64,000 nt of DNA from Macrostomum lignano (Eukaryota), in assembly GCA_002269645.1 (NCBI GenBank), contig NIVC01003710.1, positions 1 through 64,000 of the forward strand, written 5' to 3'. A program made the position numbers and the translations under genes. Below the pieces are notes generated by a model. It was not told the origin of the DNA. It was given only the letters and a program-made list of their open reading frames with translations, and did not search any database. The first letter of the stretch is position 1. Every line of letters starts with the position of its first letter. Positions 52,637 to 64,000 of the stretch are shown here, piece by piece.

Positions 52637-53550
52637 TCTATTCTATTCTATTCTATTCTATTCTATTCTATTCTATTCTATTCTATTCTATTCTATTCTA
52701 TTCTATTCTATTCTATTCTATTCTATTCTATTCTATTCTATTCTATTCTATTCTATTCTATTCTATTCTATTCTATTCTATTCTATTCTATTCTATTCTA
52801 TTCTATTCTATTCTATTCTATTCTATTCTATTCTATTCTATTCTATTCTATTCTATTCTATTCTATTCTATTCTATTCTATTCTATTCTATTCTATTCTA
52901 TTCTATTCTATTCTATTCTATTCTATTCTATTCTATTCTATTCTATTCTATTCTATTCTATTCTATTCTATTCTATTCTATTCTATTCTATTCTATTCTA
53001 TTCTATTCTATTCTATTCTATTCTATTCTATTCTATTCTATTCTATTCTATTCTATTCTATTCTATTCTATTCTATTCTATTCTATTCTATTCTATTCTA
53101 TTCTATTCTATTCTATTCTATTCTATTCTATTCTATTCTATTCTATTCTATTCTATTCTATTCTATTCTATTCTATTCTATTCTATTCTATTCTATTCTA
53201 TTCTATTCTATTCTATTCTATTCTATTCTATTCTATTCTATTCTATTCTATTCTATTCTATTCTATTCTATTCTATTCTATTCTATTCTATTCTATTCTA
53301 TTCTATTCTATTCTATTCTATTCTATTCTATTCTATTCTATTCTATTCTATTCTATTCTATTCTATTCTATTCTATTCTATTCTATTCTATTCTATTCCA
53401 TTCTATTCTTTTCTATTCTTTTCTTTTCTTTTCTATTCTATTCTATTCTATTCTATTCTATTCTATTCTATTCTATTCTATTCTATTCTATTCTATTCTA
53501 TTCTTTTCTATTCTATTCTATTCTATTCTATTCTATTCTATTCTATTCTT
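52637..53550 (+). repeat. (TTCTA)n microsatellite
   Basis: Direct reading. Confidence 0.97.
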
Positions 53551-53722
53551 TATGAGCCTTTCTTCCATTAAATTTCAATGCTTTTTAGATCTTCACCTTA
53601 CGGAGAAAGAAAAGACTCTAACTTTAATACTACTTTTAGTAGAGGGCACAAAAAATCATTTGGAAAATTTTTCCTCGAATAAAATATACCCGTTGGAGGG
53701 AATACTGATGGGGAATAGGGGA

Positions 53723-54203
<481 letters not shown>

Positions 54204-56491
54204 ATGTTTCGGAAACGTCACTCAAGAATTCTACTGCCACTTTTTTGAACATCGCATTATCCGGATGTCCAAACTACCCAAGCAGGGGCCCGCATACGCA
54301 TAGCATGCAATTTGAACACCCGATAGTTCCGTTTATGCAGTCTGCACAGCAAATGTCTATGGCTCACATTGGGACCCTGCAATTATAGCTCTAGAGTCTC
54401 ACGCTGGGCTCAGGCGCGCCATCCTGTTATGCGCGCCCCTATTTTAATAATAATAAGAGATCTGCGTCACGCAAAGTCTCATAGCGATTTGAAAACGGGG
54501 GGGGGGGCGCTCAGGCACCAGCTGCTCTGCATTCAGTCTATTGAAATCTATATTTCAGCCAACGCTGAGCTTTCGTGTAGCTCAGAAATTTGATTATTGC
54601 TGTCCAAGCAGACCGGCGCCGCTGGCTCGGGAATTGCTGTTTATTCTAGAAATTTCTATTATGAAACTTGCAGTGGATAAAAGCCAGGTGTTAAGACGGT
54701 TTAATCAAAGAGGCCGTCGTTTAGAGCTTCTATAGGAGAAATGCTTTTCCTTCCCGTTTATTTTTGTCGACTTTCAGTTTTTCGCCAGATTTCAGGTCAC
54801 GCAAACTGGGCGACAAAATGCGGCTATTGATAAACTTCCGTGAGGTCAGGTCATTGTACTCATGATATAACAATGCGAAAGTGAAGGTTGCTTTTCAATT
54901 TCATGTTTTGAACAAATTCAAAACCGAATCTAAAATTGTTGTCTTGCTTTTAAAGTTGTTACCATAACTGCACCCAGTTATGCTACTGTGCAGATAGCAA
55001 ATAGCATACTGTGCAGACCTGATCCCAGTTATGCTATTGCACCTGTGCAGACCTGATCCCAGTTATGCTACTGCACCTGTGCAGAACTGCACCTAGTATG
55101 CTATTGCACCTGTTTTTGTTGTTGTTGTTGTTGTCAACCGGGGATCCTCCTATTGCACCTGTGCAGAGGATAATAGCATAAGGGCAGCACGGGTTTTGGG
55201 CAGCTAAGCTCAATCAAGCTTCATCTGCAGATTTTCTCAGCAACGCGCAGAGGCTCCTCCTCAAAGCAACAGTTTCTCCCGTCTTTCTTCAAGCCTGCCC
55301 TGCCCGCCTCCCGTCCTTCCATAACTGATCGGTTGCTTCTGCCCCAATCTTTTCCGCAGCAATTAAGTTCTCCAATTGCGACACCCGTAGAACCGCGCAA
55401 CCCGCTGGGCCGGCGGCCCAGACCCGCTGCGAATCGGAGAAGCCCGGCAAAGCCTTTTTCCCTGCTTATTTTTCCCTCCATCGCGTCGCTAATCGAATGA
55501 CTCACACAAGCCTTTTTCGTCGAGAGATCTTTCGCGAATTTTAGACCGGGCTGGCTCAGTAATTGCCCTCACACCTGCTTTATACCTATCTTCACCTGCT
55601 TTCATTTAGCACCTGCAGTCGGGCATCAGGTGGTTTTGAAACGAAGACCGTTGCAGAAGATGCCGTTTATTCTGCCAAACTTCCAGGATGGGACAGGGAC
55701 TGTCAGCCAAAAACTGTCCAGACCAAATTGGGAATTATAATTGCTGTCAATATTGTGTTTTTCGCCTTTTCCGAAGCAGTCGGCAGTCATCTCTTTGACG
55801 TCATGATTAACACCTCAAACGGGAGCGAGGTTTCTGTACATCCACGTGGCAATGCGGGACCGAGAAAGTCTTCCGTCTGGCAGACAGCCCCTGCTCTGCT
55901 TTTCTTTGATCTTTCCTTTCTTTGAGCAAACAAGTTCGACCAGAAAAGGCCGAATTGAGAAGCCACCTCGCTTTGGCCAGTTGTGGAACTCCGCTGCCGA
56001 AAGGCGATCGTTAGACAGACCATTGTGAGCTCTCAGGCCCTCCACTATGCCGATAATCATATTTGAGCTCGGCAAGTTGCGGCTCGAGCCTGGCTCAGAA
56101 ATAATCCATTTCATCCATTCAGCGGTCACAATGCCGCTCTGTTTGCTGATTTGATTGCCGGACACGCTGGCCCTCGCATCCGCGACCGCCACTTCCTTTG
56201 CCAGCTCGCGCTAAGAGAGTTTCCGTCATCGAGTCCAGCTAGCTGGTCGAGATCTCGCCGCCTCCAAGCCAGAAATAATCCAGTTTTGCCCTGGCGACCC
56301 CGGGAGCAGAGTGTGAGGCTCCATCGATGCCATCAGCTTCCACTCGTCCGCCCCATCAGAGGCAATCGATGCTTGACGGGTGGGTGGGTGTCGGCACGGG
56401 GTGCGGACTAGGTCGTTAAATATAATAACGCGGAGAAGAAATGAATTGGCGCCAATTTGTGAGGCTGTTTGTCTATTGAAGTGTCAACTCC

Positions 56492-56632
56492 GTCACGTGA
56501 CTTCCCTGAAAGTACGCGAGCACCGCAAGCAGTGTACAGCTAGCTAGCTGCTCCATCACGTGACTCTCCAGAATGTACGCGACCCTTGCAAGCAGTGTAC
56601 AGCTAGCTAGACAAACTTTTGCGTCACGTGAC
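56492..56632. promoter_or_regulatory. Three (G)TCACGTGAC E-boxes within a ~65-bp tandem duplication
   Basis: Motifs at 56492, 56556 and 56623; duplicated GCAAGCAGTGTACAGCTAGCTAG between them. Confidence 0.35.
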
Positions 56633-57892
56633 TTCCTGGGCAAGGTTTTCCGCGCAGCCTACTGGAAATTTCAATTCTTAATACGAAAAACTGTCAAGAG
56701 CCAAATGTTGCAAATTCATCTTTATATATAGACAGCTCGTATATTTATCGTATCAGTAATAATTCCATCGCCTAAAGCCCATCTAAAGCGCGCGCTGTAT
56801 CATTGAGAGAGCTGTTAAATAAAATTGGTCCACTGACTGACCAGCTCAGTCACCTCGGGGTGGGGGGGGGTTATTTGACCCATCAGATACTCAATTAGCC
56901 GATTCTTCAAGTTTCGACCCCGCGGGGGTGGCGCAGAGTTCGAGAAGTTTTGAGAGTTTTCAGAGTCGAGTAGGGGGGGGGGGCGAGTGTGTTGGAGCCC
57001 CGGGCAAGCGCGGAGGCGCGGCGAAAGTCTCAATCGCAGTGCCGCCATCTCTCAGCTCTGTTTCACACTTGAAAGATTCCAGCTGCCGAATACCCAATAC
57101 CCGTCATCAGAAATCTTCAGCCTGCAGCCATCGCCCGGGGCGTCCCAGATAGAAGCATTTTCGGGCACAATCGGCTCCTTGATTGTGGCACCGCCTGGCC
57201 TCAGACTGTCATTACCGAGGTCATTATCCACTTGAGAAACTTGAAAACTGGAAGGAGAAGAAGACTGGAAAAAGGGAACAGTATATTTTGATACACAAGC
57301 AATCCATAGCCAGAGCTGAGCGCTAATTGAAGGCTGAAACAATGAGCTGGAAGAGTAGCAAAAAGTTGCAGCGTCTCTGCGCTCTGTCAAAAGTAATCAG
57401 CTTCTCTGCCGCATTGCCACCGCCTGCAGCCGCCATTTTGCACAAGGTTTCAAGGTCTCCCTGGCCAATCCACCTCGCGCCAAATGTGGATAGAAAGAAT
57501 CTATAAAGCCTGCAAACAATGCATTGGAAGCAATATTATTTCTGAGCTCTGAATAGCAATGCCCCCCACCCAATCTTCCTGCACCACGTCTGACCTGACA
57601 AAGTCAATTAGAATTCATGTTATAAATCAGTCATATTAAAGCTCGTACGAAGTGACTTGAAAAAGCATTTTTTTAGTCCATTGTAACATGAACGGTTTTC
57701 AGCTGTCTGAGCACAATTCACTGAGTTCTGACAGCTCAAAAGGTTTAAATTCACAGAGCCGGAATTTGCAGTTACCCTGCAGTATCCGACTCGCTAAATT
57801 TCAGTTTCATATACTCGTAGGTTCTAATATCCAGAGACCGAAACTTCAAAGGCCCAAAACTAAGAACACCTGAAACTGAAAACATCCAATAC

Positions 57893-58290
57893 TCCAAAGA
57901 CTCGAAACTCCAAAGATTCGAAACTACAAAGACTCGAAACTCCAAAGATTCGAAACTACAAAGACTCGAAACTACAAAGACTTGAAACTACAAAGACTCG
58001 AAACTACAAAGACTTGAAACTACAAAGACTCGAAACTAAAAGACTCAAAACTGCAAAGACTCGAAACTACAAAGACTTGAAACTACAAAGACTCGAAACT
58101 ACAAAGACTTGAAGCTACAAAGACTTGAAACTACAAAGACTCGAAACTACTAAGACTAGAAACTCCAAAGACTTAAAACTACAAAGACTCGAAACTACAA
58201 AGACTTGAAACTACAAAGACTCGAAACTACAAAGACCCGAAACTACAAAGACTCGAAACTCCAAAGACTCAAAACTACGAGTACAAAGAC
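57893..58290 (+). repeat. 16-bp minisatellite (GACTCGAAACTACAAA)
   Basis: Period 16. Confidence 0.93.
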
Positions 58291-58944
58291 TCGAATCCGC
58301 ACATGCACCCAAGACTATAAAGACCCGGAGCTTCAACCGTGAAGCTTCGGGAAGCCCTGCAGAGTAAAATAGAATTATTCGAATTCCCACGAATTCATCC
58401 CGTGACTAGAAATCGATAAATTCGCTAGGAGCCACCGCCAGCTATTCCTCTCCATGGCAACCTAAATTGCCAGACCGCTATTGTAATAAAGTCTGTTGAA
58501 TTTCACAGACCACGCCCCCTCGCCCCCGCCTCTGTCAACCGCCCACTCGCTTTAATCAACCTTGCTGTTCGCCTGCACTAGGCAATGAAGCCATCCTTCT
58601 GACCCTATCAAGGTCGGGTTTCTTCCCAGTGCTTCCCAGCAACTTCCACGTTGCTTTGCAAAGATCTCGAAGTTCTTTTTTTCCTGGACTAGTAGCTCGT
58701 ATTACGCGTTGCGCTCCCCCCCCCCCCTGTTTCAACTCTCCCAGCAACAACGAAAGGCTGCCACCTGATACGAAAATTATCAAGACAGAAATGAGTTACA
58801 GAATGGAAATTTTAAACTGTAATCTTTGGGTATTATTAAGAAACCGAAAATCTTTTTTAACGTTACCCAATAAAGCGACTAACCAGGAGGGCAGGAAATT
58901 CTGTCTATGAGGCTCGATAAGAAGGTATTATCGGCACCAACACA

Positions 58945-59610
58945 GTGGCACCAAATGGATGTCAGTGGCGCCAAATAGGTGTCATTGGCGCCAAATGGGT
59001 GTCAGTGGCGCCAAATGGGTATCAGTGGCGTCAAATGAGTGTCATTGGCGCCAAATGGGTATCAGTGGCGTCAAATGAGTGTCAGTGGTGCCAAATGGGC
59101 GTCAGTGGCGCCAAATGGGTGTTAGTGGCGCCAAATAAGTGTCAGTGGCGCCAAATGGGCGTCAGTGGCGCCACATGGGTGTCATTGGCGCTAAATGAGT
59201 GTCATTGGCGCCAAATGGGTGTCATTGGCGCTAAATGAGTGTCAGTGGTGCCAAATGGGTGTCATTGGCGCTAAATGAGTGTCAGTGGTGCCAAATGGGT
59301 GTCATTGGCGCTAAACAAGTGTCATTGGCGCCAAATGGGTGTCATTGGCGCTAAATGAGTGTCAGTGGCGCCAAATGAGTGTCAGTGGCGCCAAATGGGT
59401 GTCAGTGGCGCCAAATGGATGTCAGTGGCGCCAAATGGGTATCATTGGCGTCAAATGGGTGTCAGTGGCGCAAAATTCGTGTCAGAATATGCGAGATGGC
59501 TGTCAGAAAGCGCAAAATTCGTGTCAGAATATGCTAGATGGCTGTCAGAAAGCGCAAAATTCGTGTCAGAATATGCGAGATGGCTGTCAGAAAGCGCAAA
59601 ATTTGTGTCA
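58945..59610 (+). repeat. 20-bp minisatellite (GTCAGTGGCGCCAAATGGGT) followed directly by a 42-bp repeat of about 3 copies
   Basis: Period 20 to about 59470, then period 42. Confidence 0.93.
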
Positions 59611-60711
59611 ACTACTCGACTTTTTGAGGCTGTTATAAAACATCGAAAACTGCGACCCATATACCTTCACTAAGTGCTTGTCAGTCACGGTGAGAACTTC
59701 AAGTCCGGTTTCTATTTGGCCATCTCCATCGACTCTCTCCATGCCCACAATACTGAGCTTCATCTCAAATCAATGCTCAGTGTGGGACAAAATGATTTGC
59801 CAGCAAAATCAAGCATAAATGACAGTCCCACAGTCCCACATCGGAGAGGCAATTGTCAACAATAAAAAGTTTTCAATACCGCGAAGATCGGCGGCACTGC
59901 TTTGACGGGAGCGTTTGACAGTTGGGGGGGGGGTTCTGGGACTGGGCTAAGTGGGATGAATTCCTCAAGAATTAAAAATCCCCTAACAAAGCAACTTTCC
60001 TCTTTCTTTGACAGACGGACAGACAGACAGCGGGAAGCGGTTTCCCAGAAGGAAGCTGCCGGTCGCCCCTCGCACAGATTGATATGCGGCAGACCGCCAG
60101 AGCCGCTTAAATAGAATTTTGGTCATATTGGCGTATTTAAAAAGAAGCATTTTTGAGTTTCAAATTGCCAGAATTAGGAGAGAGTGAAGACTGCATTGCG
60201 AGGAGTAGGATGAGTAAGTTGATGAAGTCTGCTGCGGCTGGAAAGTCTTCCCCAAAACCCGGATTTTTTTCATCTTTTGGTGCCACAAAGTCGGCAAACT
60301 GCAACTCCCTCTGCTTCTGCTCTCCAAATCTGAGTTGGAGAGAGTTGGAGAGAGTAGTTAGGGTGGAGAAAGAGGCTTTGCCTCATCAGCTCATTGTGCT
60401 GTCACAATCAACTGTTGCCCTGTGGGCAGCTGGGGAGAACTGTAGATGGCTCTAACTACAACCGTGTCCATTTTTTCTGCTTCTATATAATATTTCCTCT
60501 ACTTTTTCTGTGCGTAATAAGACTGCATAGGCGACAAGACACTCGCGTCCTGAGTGGAGGACAAACTCTGTGTGCCATCCTGCATTGACAAGCTGTTGAG
60601 AGTGAGTTGGGGCTGCAGGCCATTGAGAAGCCTTGCTAAAGCTTTTGTCTGTTTTGATGGCCTGCAGTAGTCCTGCTTGCAACCGCTTGGCTCGCTTTGG
60701 CGAGAATTCAA

Positions 60712-61540
60712 CTGCAGATTGTAGACTGAGAACTGCAGATTGTACAGACTTGAAACTGCAGATTGTACAGACTGAGAACTGCAGATTGTACAGACTGATA
60801 ACTGCAGATTGTACAGACTGAGAACTGCAGATTGTACAGAGTGAGAACTGCAGATTGTACAGAGTGAGAACTGCAGATTGTACAGACTGAGAACTGCAGA
60901 TTGTACAGACTGAGAACTGCAGATTGTACAGACTGATAACTGCAGATTGTACAGACTGATAACTGCAGATTGTACAGACTGAGAACTGCAGATTGTACAG
61001 ACTGAGAACTGCAGATTGTACAGACTGATAACTGCAGATTGTACAGACTGAGAACTGCAGATTGTACAGACTGAGAACTGCAGATTGTACAGACTGAGAA
61101 CTGAAGATTGTACAGACTGAGAACTGATGATTGTACAGACTAACTGCAGATTGTACAGACTGAGAACTGCAGATTGTACAGACTGATAACTGCAGATTGT
61201 ACAGACTGAGAACTGCAGATTGTACAGACTAAGAACTGCAGATTGTACAGACTGAGAACTGCAGATTGTACAGACTGAGAACTGCAGCTTGTACAGACTG
61301 AGAACTGCAGATTGTACAGACTGAGAACTGCAGATTGTACAGACTGAGAACTGCAGATTGTACAGACTGAGAACTGAAGATTGTACAGACTGAGAACTGA
61401 AGATTGTACAGACTGAGAACTGCAGATTGTACAGACTGAGAACTGCAGATTGTACAGACTGATAACTGCAGATTGTACAGACTGAGAACTGCAGATTGTA
61501 CAGACTGAGAACTGCAGATTGTACAGACTGAGAACTGTAG
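60712..61540 (+). repeat. 23-bp minisatellite (TGCAGATTGTACAGACTGAGAAC)
   Basis: Period 23. Confidence 0.95.
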
Positions 61541-62682
61541 ACTTTAAGCAGTATTTTACTAGTAGGCAGGTCAAAATGGTCCCACATCCTGCAATTGATG
61601 CTAGGCATGTGGTATAATAGCCCCTTCTGACTTTCATAAAATAAAGCACAAAGAGTGAGAGACTGCGAGAGAGATTTGAGCTCAATGTCGTAGAAAAAAT
61701 TCCGACTGAATGTCGCTTTACTTGATTTCCGCCCAGCCCTTCAATATTCACCCCCCAGAGTTTTGAGAGTCGCCGCCCATCCACCATGCAGTATGCGAGT
61801 CGAGCCCGCATCCTGAGCTGGGCTGATGAAGAGCGCCATTCGCAACTTGCCAGAGATGGAGAGAGACGAGGTTCAAGAGACGCATTCAGACCCATTAGCA
61901 GTTTATTAGAATTAAACTTGACCCTCCCCCACTCTCTCCAAGGATTCCTCACTGCTCAGACAGGTGAAATACAAATTAAATGAATGTGTAAATTCAAGTA
62001 ATATGGCAATGATATTTGGCCATCATTATTATATCTCAGTATAGTGGGAGAGATGCGGGCACTTTCTAGAATTCTCTCTCTGACTCACTCAGATGTTCTA
62101 GAGGTCTGCTGTGTTTAGGTATGTAAAGTCTGCTTGGGTTATGGAGATGAGGGGCCTGAGAGCAACTGGACACAACACAATGATTACCAAACTTTGATCA
62201 TTCTCAGTGATTCGTTTTTAAAAAATGCTAACTGGCTAAGAAACAGGCTTAAAATAACGCCAGATTTCTGCGCCATCTCCTTGCTCAAATCCACCCAATA
62301 ATTTGATTGACTAATTTCTCACCTGCCAGCTGGCCACCTCCACCCACCCCACCATCGCACCTGTCAGCCCCCAGCCAATGAGTGCTCAGCCTTCCAGCCA
62401 ATGAGCTGTCGCCGCTGACGAGGCAGACGGCAACTCAGCGGGGCGCCAGGCGGTGAGCAGGGGATTGGGGCGGGTGGGGCAGCGGGCCACGGGGTTAAGA
62501 GGCTCGACATCCTCAAACTTCCTTTTAAAAAAATCTGTCGCTTATCCAAGCCCCAGAATCTTCTCCTCATCAGTTAGCCAAGTCTCTGTGGCAGCCGGAA
62601 TACCCAGAAGAGCAGCGAACTGGATCAGCGCAGTCAGCAGCAGCAGCAGGCGTCGGCGTTGGCCGCCCTGTTCCACGAGATC

Positions 62683-63392
62683 ATGCGAGAGCGGAAGCTT
62701 GCCGCCGTGGCTGCGGCAGCCGCTCCTGGAAGCAGCAATCCGTTTAGTCTGCTCATGGAGCAGCAACAGCCGCAGCCGCCGCCACCGCCGCCGCCCGCGA
62801 TGCTTCTCCCGCCACCCCCGCCGCCGCCGCTACCGTCGCTGCAGTTCGGGCCGGAGCAGGTTGGCCGCGTCTGCGAGACCTTGGAAGAATCCGGCGACAT
62901 CGACCGGCTGGGCCGCTTCCTCTGGTCGCTGCCGGCCAACCCGCTGCTGTGGGAGGCGCTGAACCGGCACGAGTCCGTGCTGCGGGCCCGTGCCATCGTG
63001 GCCTTCCACACCGGCAACTACAGGGAGATGTACCACCTCATGGAGATGCACCACTATGGCAAGGAGTCGCACGCCAAGCTGCAGGCCATGTGGCTGGAGG
63101 CGCACTACTTGGAGGCTGAGAAGCTCCGGGGCCGCTCGCTGGGCCCGGTGGACAAGTACCGGGTGCGGAAGAAGTACCCGATGCCCAGGACCATCTGGGA
63201 CGGAGAGCAGAAGACGCACTGCTTCAAGGAGCGAACCAGAGGCTTGCTGCGCGAGTGGTACCTGCAGGACCCGTACCCCAACCCGGCCAAGAAGAGGGAG
63301 CTGGCTGCGGCTACTGGCCTGACGCCCACCCAGGTGGGCAATTGGTTCAAGAACCGGCGACAGCGGGACCGGGCCGCCGCGGCTAAGAGCAG
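62683..63392 (+). CDS. six3/6: Six3/6 (Optix-class) homeobox gene, exon 1 (Six domain and homeodomain); rest lies beyond the window
   Basis: [26 protein letters not shown] Six domain; homeodomain with the diagnostic QKTH tetrapeptide and [15 protein letters not shown]; donor AG|GTGAGC at 63393. First in-frame ATG after stop at 62575 is 62683. Confidence 0.95.
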
Positions 63393-63427
63393 GTGAGCTG
63401 ACCAGTTATAGCGGTTGCTATGTGCTT

Positions 63428-64000
63428 GGGATCTGAGGGATCTCAGCTTGGGGTCTGAGGGATCTCAGCCTGGGGTCTGAGGGATCTCAGCTTGGGGTCT
63501 GAGGGATCTCAGCCTGGGGTCTGAGGGATCTCAGCTTGGGGTCTGAGGGATCTCAGCTTGGGGTCTGAGGGATCTCAGCTTGGGGTCTGAGGGATCTCAG
63601 CTTGGGTCTGGGGGATCTCAGCTTGGGGTCTGAGGGATCTCAGCTTGGGGTCTGAGGGATCTCAGCTTGGGGTCTGAGGGATCTCAGCTTGGGGTCTGAG
63701 GGATCTCAGCTTGGGTCTGGGGGATCTCAGCTTGGGGTCTGAGGGATCTCAGCTTGGGTCTGGGGGATCTCAATTTCAGGTCTGGTGGGATCTCAGCTTC
63801 AGGCCTGAGGGATTTCAGCTTCAGGTCTGGGGGATCTCAGCTTCAGGTCTGGGGGATCTCAGCTTCAGGTCTGGGGGATCTCAGCTTCAGGTCTGAGGGA
63901 TTTCAGCTTCAGGTCTGGGGGATCTCAGCTTCAGGTCTGGGGGATCTCAGCTTCAGGTCTGAGGGATTTCAGCTTCAGGTCTGGGAGATCTCAGCTTCAG
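63428..64000 (+). repeat. 22-bp minisatellite (GGGATCTCAGCTTGGGGTCTGA), Six3/6 intron 1, runs off the window
   Basis: Period 22. Confidence 0.95.

Noticed and set aside
60371-60392. Minus-strand CTGATGA-GGC-AAA-GCC resembling a hammerhead ribozyme core
   Set aside because: The required GAAA after stem II is absent (TCTTTC follows), and no stem I/III pairing was found. Other CTGATGA hits also fail.
61680-61960. Possible further retroelement fragments here and at 5.2 and 6.2 kb
   Set aside because: No recognisable RT, endonuclease or RNase H motif in any frame.

Overview
Eukaryotic, intron-containing animal DNA; no prokaryotic features. The GC-rich exons with poly-Ala/Gly/Gln/Pro runs and the very dense simple repeats resemble a free-living flatworm such as Macrostomum (inference only). 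Six genes were assembled by hand with phase-consistent GT-AG junctions: (1) ELAV/Hu three-RRM RNA-binding protein (+, 5 coding exons, 528 aa); (2) a 1292-aa Mab-21/cGAS-like nucleotidyltransferase (+, 4 exons) carrying an SQ-rich 14-aa array and an AGEGSTTG 8-aa array; (3) a short AGAP-like PH+ArfGAP protein (-, 3 exons); (4) trimethyllysine dioxygenase TMLHE (-, 2 exons, 421 aa); (5) an orphan class A GPCR (+, single coding exon); (6) Six3/6 exon 1 (+). There are three 5'-truncated RT/RNase H-type LINE pieces and more than 20 micro/minisatellite arrays, with an array in every intron over 200 bp. Two observations stand out. First, the cGAS-like receptor candidate appears to have its C-lobe split by a ~800-aa repeat-containing insertion. 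Second, two different LINEs, each with its own target-site duplication, inserted in opposite orientations at the same motif CATGGATA(A/G)TCATA, a rare variant unit of a local satellite. No tRNA, rRNA or CRISPR array was found.
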